Both the position numbers and the translations under genes were made by a program. Source: a virus. Taken from it: a stretch of 64,000 nt of DNA. The notes beneath the pieces were generated by a model. The model searched no databases and was not told the DNA's origin. It worked only from the letters and a program-made list of their open reading frames with translations. This document shows, one piece after another, positions 46,245 to 54,244 of this stretch. The stretch is from positions 1-64,000 of the IMG/VR virus record IMGVR_UViG_3300030333_002570. One strand, written 5' to 3'. Within the stretch, counting starts at the first letter, position 1, and each line of letters opens with the position of its first letter.

Positions 46245-46878
46245 AATGTTTACACCTCGTTGGTATTATAAGGGTAAAGTTCCCTTTGAAAACCAACAAG
46301 AGATTGAACGCACCTTTGAAGAGTTTATGGACTTGGAGAAGAACTTTATTAATCCTGATAATATTAATGGTGAACTATTAACATCTTATGGATTACCTAC
46401 TAATCAATCTGCACCTTGGGAAAGGTGGTTAGAGTTTATTAAACCTTGTCTATCTGAAATGGTAGATCAATTAAAACCTAAGAGGGATATAGAAGTAGTT
46501 CCTCAAGAGGCATGGGTTAATCGTTATCAGCAAGGACATTATCAAGAGTACCATTGTCATTCTGTTCAACATTGTAATCTTGCAGCAGTATATTTTTATA
46601 GATTAGAGGGTGGATGTACTAACTTTAAATTCTATAATAATCAACACGCAGCATATAAAGCATGTGGATTAGATGATATGTTTGAGATACCAACAGCAGC
46701 AACTATAACACCTAAAGTACAACAAGGTGATATAATTATATTTCCTGCACATTATCCTCATTTAGTATCACCTAATAAGAGTGACTTTGAACGTATAACA
46801 TTTAGTGCAAACTTTGATGTTGTGCCAGCAAGCAATCTGTCTACTACTAAGCATGGTAAGGACTTAGATCTGATATAA
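46234..46878 (+). CDS. 2OG-Fe(II) oxygenase (TIGR02466-like)
   Basis: AWVNRY..GHYQEYHCH, DIIIFPAHYPH.V, RITFSAN. Confidence 0.88.
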   Translation: MTVEMFTPRWYYKGKVPFENQQEIERTFEEFMDLEKNFINPDNINGELLTSYGLPTNQSAPWERWLEFIKPCLSEMVDQLKPKRDIEVVPQEAWVNRYQQGHYQEYHCHSVQHCNLAAVYFYRLEGGCTNFKFYNNQHAAYKACGLDDMFEIPTAATITPKVQQGDIIIFPAHYPHLVSPNKSDFERITFSANFDVVPASNLSTTKHGKDLDLI

Positions 46879-46901
46879 TAGGATTGAGTTCAAAGATAGT
46901 T

Positions 46902-47369
46902 ATGAAATTGCGACCAACCAAGCAAGATGTGATCTTGAATCATACTTACACTTTCAAGTGTGATGCTACATTCGGTACACTATCTAAGGAGAGAGTTTAT
47001 AAATTATTCACAGATGGTAGAAGGGCATCAGGATTCTTAGAACTACAGTTAGAAGATTGGTTTGAAGGTCTTGAATTTGTAGATGGTAAAGGATATGACC
47101 ACATCAATCATTTGGTGGAGGGTCAACTGTATGATGCTAAATGTTTTACTAGACATGGTGCTAAATTCTGTTCATCAAAATATTTGGGTGTGGGTAGATC
47201 ATTAGATGTTAAAGAGCATGAAGCACACGCAGAAAATATAATTTATATTTTTACAGATGTAGTATCATTTCCTGAAGTAAGAGTTAGATTTGTAAAAGGA
47301 TCAGATTTAATTCAAACTTATAAAAAAGGTTCGATTCCATTTTCTCATAGAGATGATTTATTTGAATGA
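46902..47369 (+). CDS. Putative PD-(D/E)XK restriction-endonuclease-like protein
   Basis: GYD...YDAKCFT motif; overlaps the methyltransferase; TGa-TATAAT at 46871-79 favours ATG 46902. Confidence 0.5.
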   Translation: MKLRPTKQDVILNHTYTFKCDATFGTLSKERVYKLFTDGRRASGFLELQLEDWFEGLEFVDGKGYDHINHLVEGQLYDAKCFTRHGAKFCSSKYLGVGRSLDVKEHEAHAENIIYIFTDVVSFPEVRVRFVKGSDLIQTYKKGSIPFSHRDDLFE

Positions 47370-48141
47370 TTGTATCGCAGGTATGCGACACTTAGATGAT
47401 GAATGTGTTGATGCTATTGTTACATCACCACCTTATAATCTAAACATTAAGTATAACAAATACAACGATAAAAAACCAAGAGATAAGTATATCTCATGGA
47501 TGAAAGATGTGTTTGTTGAATGTAAACGTGTACTGAAAGATGATGGTCATCTATTTGTTAATATGGGATACTCAAATGTAGATCCTACGATAGGGTTAGA
47601 GGTCATGTTTGCAATTAAAAATACATATAATTTGCAAAATAATATAGTTTGGGTTAAGTCTATTCATGTAAATAACAAGACAAGTGGACATTTTAAACCT
47701 ATTAATAGTAAACGCTATTTGTGTCCTACTTGGGAGAATTTGTTTCACTTTACCAAAGATGGTAATGTAGAAATAGATAGACTATCTGTTGGTGTTAAGT
47801 ATGAATATTATGAAGCAAATATTCGTGGTAATAATACGATTGAGAACAAACCTAATTTAAGAGATAAAGGTAATACTTGGTTCATACCATATGAGACTAT
47901 TAATAGTAAAGAATTGCGTGGTAAACATCCTGCTACTTTCCCAGTTAAATTAGCAGAGGATTGTATCAAATTAACAGGTATAGATCGTGGTGTAGTTCTT
48001 GATCCTTTTATGGGAACAGGTAGTACTGGAGTAGCAGCAAAGAATTTAGGTTGGAGATATATTGGATTTGAAATAGATGAAGATTATGTTAAATTTGCTG
48101 AAAATAGGATAAATGGGGGGTTGACTTCCATATTAAATTGA
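47353..48141 (+). CDS. DNA amino-methyltransferase (N4C/N6A, beta class)
   Basis: TSPPY catalytic motif, HPATFP, VLDPFMGTGST SAM-binding motif. Confidence 0.95.
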   Translation: MIYLNDCIAGMRHLDDECVDAIVTSPPYNLNIKYNKYNDKKPRDKYISWMKDVFVECKRVLKDDGHLFVNMGYSNVDPTIGLEVMFAIKNTYNLQNNIVWVKSIHVNNKTSGHFKPINSKRYLCPTWENLFHFTKDGNVEIDRLSVGVKYEYYEANIRGNNTIENKPNLRDKGNTWFIPYETINSKELRGKHPATFPVKLAEDCIKLTGIDRGVVLDPFMGTGSTGVAAKNLGWRYIGFEIDEDYVKFAENRINGGLTSILN

Positions 48142-48149
48142 TATATAAT
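48121..48149 (+). promoter_or_regulatory. Strong sigma70 promoter
   Basis: TTGACT-N17-TATAAT. Confidence 0.8.
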
Positions 48150-48227
48150 ACTGACAAAGAAATTCGTGGAAGATACACCAATCGGAAGCAATTTCAAAAG
48201 TTAAACTAAACTTATCGAGGACATATT

Positions 48228-49361
48228 ATGTCGAAAGCACTAGAGGTGGGACAATGGTATACTTTACCTGGAATCCCAGATGTAGAAATAGCGGTATTAA
48301 TTACCAAAGCATTTTTAAAGTATCCTGAGTGGATAACTCAGAGAGATACAGAGAACAGACTTAAGAAGAAAGGTGTTATAGATCACCTAAGAAAACTATT
48401 TCCTACTCATCATATTGTAGCAGTTGGAGAATTAACTGAACAGGATGATTGGGAAGATAAAGATGGTAATAAGGAAGTATATGAAGCAGGTCATACTTGG
48501 AGACTTGATGCTAACACAAGAGCAAAAGTATGGGAAAGAGGTTTAGTTGATGAACTTCCTAAAGGTGTACTAGCAGTTAAGTTTAAGGGTAAAACTTTAA
48601 AAGATATAAGGAATATTTACTGGGCATTTGATAACCCAACAGCAGCAGAGTTAGCAGCAGAAGTTATTACTGGATGTCTTAAATCTCTTGGTATAGAGTT
48701 ACTAACTAAGAAGTTTAGGGATGGACAATTTGTAACTGCATTATCATATTGTTGTAAATTTGATGCACCAGATGTATATGGTACTAAAGGATTATGGTCT
48801 GAACCTGATGATAATTCAGTAACTATATCTGAATACAAAAGAACTCAAACTTTACATGCAGTTAGAGATTATGCTGATACAATTAAGGCAGTTGATGAAC
48901 TATTATCTAAGACTGGAATTGTACCATCTTTCGATCAAACATTTATAACAGCACTATTCTTATTCCATAGAAAGTACGGTTGCTTTGATGATAATGTAAC
49001 TAACCTATGTTTAAACCTTACAGGTAGACTTAAGGATGAAGATGGTGAACAGTTATTAATAGCAACTGCACCAAATCCAAGTGCTAAGTTAAATGCTACT
49101 GCATGGATTGATAGGGAAAATAACAGATCATTCTCTAATTTTCAAGAGCAATGTGTTATTAAAGACAGATCTAAAATGGAAGGTTTCTATCAAGGAGTTC
49201 CATTCTTTACCTACTGGTTATCAATAGCATCACAAAATGGTCTTAAGCATAGACAAAATAAAGGTGCAAAAGGTGGTTATACCAACTGGTTTGAAAATAC
49301 ATTCCTTAAGATTAATAAAAGAGAAGTGGTTGAAAAACTAGAGAAATCACTGTCAATCTAG
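48228..49361 (+). CDS. Hypothetical protein (377 aa), possible ParB/Srx-like N-terminal domain
   Basis: SD GAGGA; RLDANTR resembles a degenerate ParB lDG.hR motif. Confidence 0.7.
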   Translation: MSKALEVGQWYTLPGIPDVEIAVLITKAFLKYPEWITQRDTENRLKKKGVIDHLRKLFPTHHIVAVGELTEQDDWEDKDGNKEVYEAGHTWRLDANTRAKVWERGLVDELPKGVLAVKFKGKTLKDIRNIYWAFDNPTAAELAAEVITGCLKSLGIELLTKKFRDGQFVTALSYCCKFDAPDVYGTKGLWSEPDDNSVTISEYKRTQTLHAVRDYADTIKAVDELLSKTGIVPSFDQTFITALFLFHRKYGCFDDNVTNLCLNLTGRLKDEDGEQLLIATAPNPSAKLNATAWIDRENNRSFSNFQEQCVIKDRSKMEGFYQGVPFFTYWLSIASQNGLKHRQNKGAKGGYTNWFENTFLKINKREVVEKLEKSLSI

Positions 49362-49407
49362 AAACTGTCCACTAAATGCCCCATTTCATCCTGATCTGGG
49401 GTATATT
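49351..49407 (+). promoter_or_regulatory. Two-box early promoter, copy 2
   Basis: TGTCAAT-N7-CTGTC-N32-TATATT. Confidence 0.65.
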
Positions 49408-49427
49408 AATATTGTTGAGAAATTCAA

Positions 49428-49613
49428 ATGAAATTCTTTTCTGCCAAGACACAAATCTATGGCATCAAAAAAGCACTCAAAGCGAGTGAACGTGATCCAT
49501 TTCTTTATAATGAAGAAGAGATCATCAAACTAAAAACTTCTCTTCGCAAATTACGTGAAGAGCAAGAACAAACCCGACAAATTCAAAACGGAGGATTTGG
49601 TTACGATGTCTAA
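49428..49613 (+). CDS. Hypothetical protein
   Basis: 61-aa ORF after promoter. Confidence 0.7.
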   Translation: MKFFSAKTQIYGIKKALKASERDPFLYNEEEIIKLKTSLRKLREEQEQTRQIQNGGFGYDV

Positions 49614-49746
49614 AAGACTATTTGTTCCAAAAGTTGAATACGATGAAAACTTTGACAACTGTCAAGAGGAAGAAGACAGTTGGGTATCCTCAGTTTTAGG
49701 AACTGAAGATGATGCAATCTATGACGTACTTTCGGAGATTCAGTAA
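49606..49746 (+). CDS. Acidic hypothetical protein
   Basis: ATG 49606 with SD GGAGG. Confidence 0.6.
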   Translation: MSKRLFVPKVEYDENFDNCQEEEDSWVSSVLGTEDDAIYDVLSEIQ

Positions 49747-49937
49747 TGACAATTCCAAAGAAATTGCAACTTCTACTTGATGCTTATGATGATGGAGTTC
49801 TTCCTGAAGATTTACAAGTAGAAATGTGTCAGTTTATGATAGATTGTGACCTACACAATGAGTTGACACAGTATCAACAACTCTGCGATTATTACATTGC
49901 AGAAGGTTTATGTTATGAAGTATGTTTTGATTCCTGA
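49746..49937 (+). CDS. Hypothetical protein
   Basis: 63-aa coupled ORF. Confidence 0.7.
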   Translation: MTIPKKLQLLLDAYDDGVLPEDLQVEMCQFMIDCDLHNELTQYQQLCDYYIAEGLCYEVCFDS

Positions 49938-50299
49938 TGAATACTTACGAAGTCTTATTACAACGTGACATTGGCATAAACAAGACAGTTTATGTACACG
50001 ATTGTTATTATGAAGATGAAGCAAGATTACTTGCTGAGTCTCAATATGGACTTCCAGTTTTAAGAGTATTATATAAGGGATCTTCTAATAATAATACTAT
50101 GAATGATGTTCCTGAACCCTATTATGGTGGCACTTGGTTATCAACAATAGGGTCAGGAAATAGTTCTATTACTAATATATTAGCATTGCCATTTGGTATC
50201 TTAATTATTATATTATTAATAGAATTTTGGTGGTGGTTTGTTGCTATAACTTGCATAGGAATTGGGTGGAGAACTTATCAGTATATCAAGGACGATTAG
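49937..50299 (+). CDS. Hypothetical membrane protein
   Basis: C-terminal TM helices. Confidence 0.6.
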   Translation: MNTYEVLLQRDIGINKTVYVHDCYYEDEARLLAESQYGLPVLRVLYKGSSNNNTMNDVPEPYYGGTWLSTIGSGNSSITNILALPFGILIIILLIEFWWWFVAITCIGIGWRTYQYIKDD

Positions 50300-50426
50300 G
50301 CATTTATTTTTGTTAATTAGATGTCGAAATTCTAACATTATTATACTAAATAGTGGTAGAATTAAGGATAGCAAGATGAACTGAAAACTCTCTTGGTTAT
50401 GATTCAAAAGTTAAAAGGAGTTGGAT

Positions 50427-50594
50427 ATGTCACACAATTTAATATCTTCAAATCATTTAGCACAATGGAAACATGGTGTAAACGAAATTCCTGAATATCA
50501 GGATCAATTACTGGACGATTACTTTGAGTGCTTAATTGATTGTGAAGACGATCAATCTAGTTGTAGGAGGGTATGTAAGGAAATTCTTATGTGA
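50427..50594 (+). CDS. 55-aa four-cysteine protein (not in track)
   Basis: SD AAGGAG; MSHNLISSNHLAQW...DDYFECLIDCEDDQSSCRRVCKEILM (CxxxC-x6-CxxxC). Confidence 0.75.
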   Translation: MSHNLISSNHLAQWKHGVNEIPEYQDQLLDDYFECLIDCEDDQSSCRRVCKEILM

Positions 50595-50613
50595 CTATCT
50601 TACTAAATTCTAT

Positions 50614-50652
50614 AAAAAGAGGGTTTACAAACCCTCTTTTTTATTGTATAAT
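50614..50652 (+). terminator. Terminator hairpin fused to a promoter
   Basis: AAAAAGAGGGTT/AACCCTCTTTTT stem; TTTACA spanning the loop, N18, TATAAT 50647-52. Confidence 0.75.
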
Positions 50653-50674
50653 ACTCTATGAATACATCATTAAT

Positions 50675-50746
50675 ATGTGGTACATTATTTTTTGGACAAG
50701 TCTTATTATGTTCATACTTGTTAAAGTAGGTGCATTTAAGAAATGA
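50675..50746 (+). CDS. 23-aa hydrophobic peptide (not in track)
   Basis: MWYIIFWTSLIMFILVKVGAFKK; stop overlaps the methylase ATG. Confidence 0.5.
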   Translation: MWYIIFWTSLIMFILVKVGAFKK

Positions 50747-51708
50747 AAGATACGATATTATATGGTGACTGTCGTCAAACATTACCAGCATTTATTGATA
50801 ACGCACAAATGTGTGTTACATCCCCACCTTATTATGGATTGAGAGATTACGGTGGTAAAAGTGAACAAATAGGACAAGAACAAACACCAGAAGAGTATAT
50901 TGAAGAAATGGTAAATGTCTTTAGGTTAGTGAGAGATAACCTTAAAGATGATGGTGTGTTATGGTTAAACATAGGTGACACATATTATAATTATCGAAGT
51001 GATGGTAATTATCCTAAGCAAACTGTTAGTAAGACTAATCAAGATTTACCCTCATTTTCTCCTGCTAGAGGTAACAAATTAGAGGGGTTAAAGAGTAAAG
51101 ATTTGATCGGTATTCCTTGGATGTTAGCATTTGCATTACGAGCAGATGGATGGTACTTAAGGCAAGATATTATATGGCATAAACCTAATCCAATGCCAGA
51201 AAGTGTAAAGGATAGATGCACTAAAGCACATGAATATATCTTCCTATTAAGTAAAAGTAAGAACTATTATTATGACAATGAAAGTATAAAAGAACCTGCT
51301 AAAGATTGGGGAACTAGAGATAGAACTAATGGCAAATATCATAATGAAGGAACAGGATTAACACCTCATTCTGGACTCACTAAATCATATCCAACAAAGA
51401 ATAAACGTAGTGTATGGAGTATAACAAACAAACCATATAAGGGATCACATTTTGCTACTTTCCCACCTGATCTAATTGAACCTTGTATATTAGCAGGTAG
51501 TAGAAAAGGTGATATAGTATTAGATCCATTTATGGGTAGTGGCACGACTGCTATGGTAGCAAAGCAACTAGGACGGTATTATATCGGATGTGAACTGAAC
51601 GAGGACTATCGAGAATTGATAGAAAAACGTGTGACAGTCAACAAAGTGGAGCAAAATGCTTCACATTCTGAAACAAATGGGTTGATTGACCTATTGGGTA
51701 CTGTATAA
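50743..51708 (+). CDS. DNA amino-methyltransferase (N4C/N6A, beta class)
   Basis: CVTSPPYYGLRDY, IIWHKPNPMPES, HFATFP, VLDPFMGSGTT. Confidence 0.96.
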   Translation: MKDTILYGDCRQTLPAFIDNAQMCVTSPPYYGLRDYGGKSEQIGQEQTPEEYIEEMVNVFRLVRDNLKDDGVLWLNIGDTYYNYRSDGNYPKQTVSKTNQDLPSFSPARGNKLEGLKSKDLIGIPWMLAFALRADGWYLRQDIIWHKPNPMPESVKDRCTKAHEYIFLLSKSKNYYYDNESIKEPAKDWGTRDRTNGKYHNEGTGLTPHSGLTKSYPTKNKRSVWSITNKPYKGSHFATFPPDLIEPCILAGSRKGDIVLDPFMGSGTTAMVAKQLGRYYIGCELNEDYRELIEKRVTVNKVEQNASHSETNGLIDLLGTV

Positions 51709-51709
51709 T
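51632..51709 (+). promoter_or_regulatory. Two-box motif copy 3 (atypical spacing) plus -10, inside the methylase 3' end
   Basis: TGACAGT-N7-GTGGA; TATAAT at 51704-09. Confidence 0.5.
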
Positions 51710-51735
51710 ATGGGGGTAGTCAACTTTCAGCACTT

Positions 51736-52107
51736 ATGCCAGTTAAGTCTCCAACAAGGAAAACCGCAGCAACAGCAGCAACTCCTCGTAAAAGACGCAC
51801 TCGTAAGACAACCGCTTCAACACCTAAAAAGGTTTCTATAAATAAGTCACAATCTGCAAAAGTTATTGTGACTGAAGAACCAAAAGTTGAAGTAAAAGTA
51901 GACACAAAACCTACTCAAATTGCACCACCAAAACCTAATCTTTCTCGTGAAGATTACATTGCTGATATAAAAGCAAGATGGGCAATTCATACCTATGAAG
52001 TTAATGCCCTCGGTGCAGATTTAGTTAAAGGTTATAATCTAGTAACACCATATCTTCAAAAAGGTGTTACTTATGTCAAAGACTCTTACAAGAGAGCATT
52101 TGCATAG
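51736..52107 (+). CDS. Hypothetical protein with Lys/Arg/Thr-rich N-terminal tail
   Basis: KSPTRKTAATAATPRKRRTRKTTASTPKK, then a helical domain. Confidence 0.75.
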   Translation: MPVKSPTRKTAATAATPRKRRTRKTTASTPKKVSINKSQSAKVIVTEEPKVEVKVDTKPTQIAPPKPNLSREDYIADIKARWAIHTYEVNALGADLVKGYNLVTPYLQKGVTYVKDSYKRAFA

Positions 52108-52163
52108 ACCAGATTACAAAGTGTCTACTAAGACCCCACAAGGGGTCTTTTTTATTGTATATT
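52107..52163 (+). promoter_or_regulatory. Two-box early promoter copy 4 with embedded terminator hairpin
   Basis: GACCAGA-N7-GTGTC-N32-TATATT; AAGACCCC-acaa-GGGGTCTT-TTTT within the spacer. Confidence 0.7.
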
Positions 52164-52167
52164 AAAA

Positions 52168-52233
52168 GAGTGGAAGGCAAGGGTGAGCGACCCCAGTGGA
52201 AAATGCTCTTTAAGTCGAACCTCTTCCACACTC
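52168..52233 (+). ncRNA. Unnamed structured 5' leader RNA of the helicase gene
   Basis: GTGGAAG (52170-76)/CTTCCAC (52223-29) closing helix; GGGT/ACCC hairpin; loop GAGC complementary to GCTC (52205-08). Confidence 0.55.
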
Positions 52234-52255
52234 AACATTATTAAGGAGATCGTCT

Positions 52256-53506
52256 TTGACAGACACATTACGACCTCATCAACAACGTGCTTATGATAAA
52301 ATGATTGAGCATGATTGTGGACAAATTGTTATACCTACTGGTGGTGGTAAAACATATATTATGATTGAAGATTGCAAGAGGTTAGTAACAACAACACCAC
52401 GCAATCCTCAGACTATTGTTGTAGTTGCACCACGTATATTACTTGCTAATCAGTTATCAGAAGAGTTTGAATCTGAGATTGATAATGTTAAGATAGCACA
52501 CGTACATTCTGGTGAAACTCATCATTTTAGCACCACAGATTGTAGGGATTTAACACATTGGAATAGCACTAATCCTCAGTATGATAAGTTAATCTTTACC
52601 ACTTATCATTCACTACATAGAGTATTAGATAGTATGGTAAATATTGATAGGATATATTTTGATGAAGCACATAATGGCACTGGTAAAAACTTCTTTAAGC
52701 AGATAAAGAGAGTTGCTAAGTTAAACATAGCAAGATACTTCTTTACTGCTACACCACGCATTTCACGCTCTAAGAATAACATTAGTGCGGAACGTGGTAT
52801 GAACAATGCGGAAATATGGGGTGATATATTAGAACAAACAGCAGCACAAGAGTTAATAGATAGTGGCACTATTTTATTCCCTAAAGTTATACCATTTGAG
52901 ACAGATAGAGAGAGGACTAAGTTAAATGCACATGAAGTAGATAGTGATAACTTAAAGGACATATTGACTAGCATAACTGATACAAACCCTAAGGTACTTG
53001 TGTCTGCTCCAACAACAAGAATACTATGGAATATGCTCTCACAAACTGATATTAAAGATTGGTTAATTGAGCGAGAGTATAACATTATGCACATCACATC
53101 TAAGCATGGTGCTATCATTAATGGTAAGAAAGTTGGTAGAGAAGAGTTCTTCAAGACACTAACATTGTGGGGTAAGGATGATACTAAGAAGATGATAATC
53201 TTCCATTATAGTATACTATCAGAAGGGATAAATGTTCCAGGTTTGACTCATTCAGTTATGCTAAGAAATCTACCTAATATTGAAATGGCACAAACAATAG
53301 GTAGAGTAATTAGAATACATCAAAAGGATGTAGATGATATGAATTCAGGTAAAATACCTGCTGGTGCTTATAACTTATACCATAAAAGTTTTGGTCAAAT
53401 ATGTGTGCCAATATCAGGCAAATATGGTAAAAGAATAGCAGATAGACTACAATCAGTCGTATCGTATATCTTTATAGAGGGTATTCCACCACTTTCATAT
53501 GTTTAG
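52256..53506 (+). CDS. SF2 DEAH helicase (ResIII-like), no nuclease domain evident
   Basis: PTGGGKT, FDEAH, FTATP, ILSEGINVP, QTIGRVIR; TTG start with SD AAGGAG. Confidence 0.92.
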   Translation: MTDTLRPHQQRAYDKMIEHDCGQIVIPTGGGKTYIMIEDCKRLVTTTPRNPQTIVVVAPRILLANQLSEEFESEIDNVKIAHVHSGETHHFSTTDCRDLTHWNSTNPQYDKLIFTTYHSLHRVLDSMVNIDRIYFDEAHNGTGKNFFKQIKRVAKLNIARYFFTATPRISRSKNNISAERGMNNAEIWGDILEQTAAQELIDSGTILFPKVIPFETDRERTKLNAHEVDSDNLKDILTSITDTNPKVLVSAPTTRILWNMLSQTDIKDWLIEREYNIMHITSKHGAIINGKKVGREEFFKTLTLWGKDDTKKMIIFHYSILSEGINVPGLTHSVMLRNLPNIEMAQTIGRVIRIHQKDVDDMNSGKIPAGAYNLYHKSFGQICVPISGKYGKRIADRLQSVVSYIFIEGIPPLSYV

Positions 53507-53508
53507 TG

Positions 53509-53564
53509 TGACAGTACAAGTAGTGTCTACTATTTTCCCCATTGTCCCTAAAATCGGTTATTAT
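53509..53564 (+). promoter_or_regulatory. Two-box early promoter, copy 5
   Basis: TGACAGT-N7-GTGTC-N31-TATTAT. Confidence 0.75.
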
Positions 53565-53593
53565 ATAAGAGTAAACAAATCACAAGGAGTTTA

Positions 53594-53713
53594 ATGAGCA
53601 CTCTATCACAGCAAATTTACGATCAGTTGGTTAATCCAACACCAGTGATAAAGTATTATTTCCTTACACCTTTTTACAAGCAAACTAACAACAAAAGGAG
53701 GAATTCTAAGTGA
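53594..53713 (+). CDS. 39-aa hypothetical protein (not in track)
   Basis: SD AAGGAG, first ORF after promoter. Confidence 0.55.
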   Translation: MSTLSQQIYDQLVNPTPVIKYYFLTPFYKQTNNKRRNSK

Positions 53714-53838
53714 GTACATTACATCATGAGAGCATACTTGAAACATTATTTGAAGAAGTATGCGAAGAGTATCCTCAATTTAGCGAGGAACAATGCGAGG
53801 TTATCGCACAACAACGTTTCGAGGATTTATGCCAATGA
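53710..53838 (+). CDS. 42-aa acidic hypothetical protein (not in track)
   Basis: GTG start, SD AGGAGG; MSTLHHESILETLFEEV...RFEDLCQ. Confidence 0.65.
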   Translation: MSTLHHESILETLFEEVCEEYPQFSEEQCEVIAQQRFEDLCQ

Positions 53839-54011
53839 ATAATCTTGATTGTCTATCTGAAGTATTAGAAGACTTCTGCACTAAGTATAACTTAGAGTTT
53901 ATGAGTGCAGATGATCTTTTATACGGTGATTCTGAAGGTAAATTAACAAATTACCAGAGAGATTGGTTAAGAAACTATATCTCTATCTGGGACATTATTG
54001 TAAACTACTAA
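53835..54011 (+). CDS. Hypothetical protein
   Basis: ATGA overlap; MNNLDCLSEVLEDFC... Confidence 0.65.
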   Translation: MNNLDCLSEVLEDFCTKYNLEFMSADDLLYGDSEGKLTNYQRDWLRNYISIWDIIVNY

Positions 54012-54021
54012 GGAGGATTTC

Positions 54022-54240
54022 ATGGCAAAAGTTAAAGAATTTACATACTCATTTCGCATCCTATGTGAACATGACGATGCACCAAATCCTGTTCATTTAT
54101 GTGAAGAAATACAGGCATATTTGAACTCTAATTTAGATTATTATAATGAAGAATTAGGTGAGCATGTTAATGCTGAAGTTACAGGATATAGGGTAGAGAT
54201 AGATAAAATGACACCCTATATTGCTCAAGATGAGTATTAA
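54022..54240 (+). CDS. Hypothetical protein
   Basis: SD AAGGAGG. Confidence 0.7.
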   Translation: MAKVKEFTYSFRILCEHDDAPNPVHLCEEIQAYLNSNLDYYNEELGEHVNAEVTGYRVEIDKMTPYIAQDEY

Positions 54241-54244
54241 TTAA

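Noticed and set aside
50603-50791. Minus-strand ORFs around the terminator (also 50216-50407, 60973-61260, 61326-61532)
   Set aside because: They overlap better-supported plus-strand small ORFs that have SD sequences and translational coupling
52168-52233. tRNA, or c-di-GMP riboswitch, in the GC-rich intergenic island
   Set aside because: No cloverleaf, T-loop or CCA; lacks the GNRA/receptor architecture of the c-di-GMP-I aptamer
52606-53154. 182-aa minus-strand ORF
   Set aside because: Lies wholly antisense to the helicase, whose motifs are intact; no independent signals
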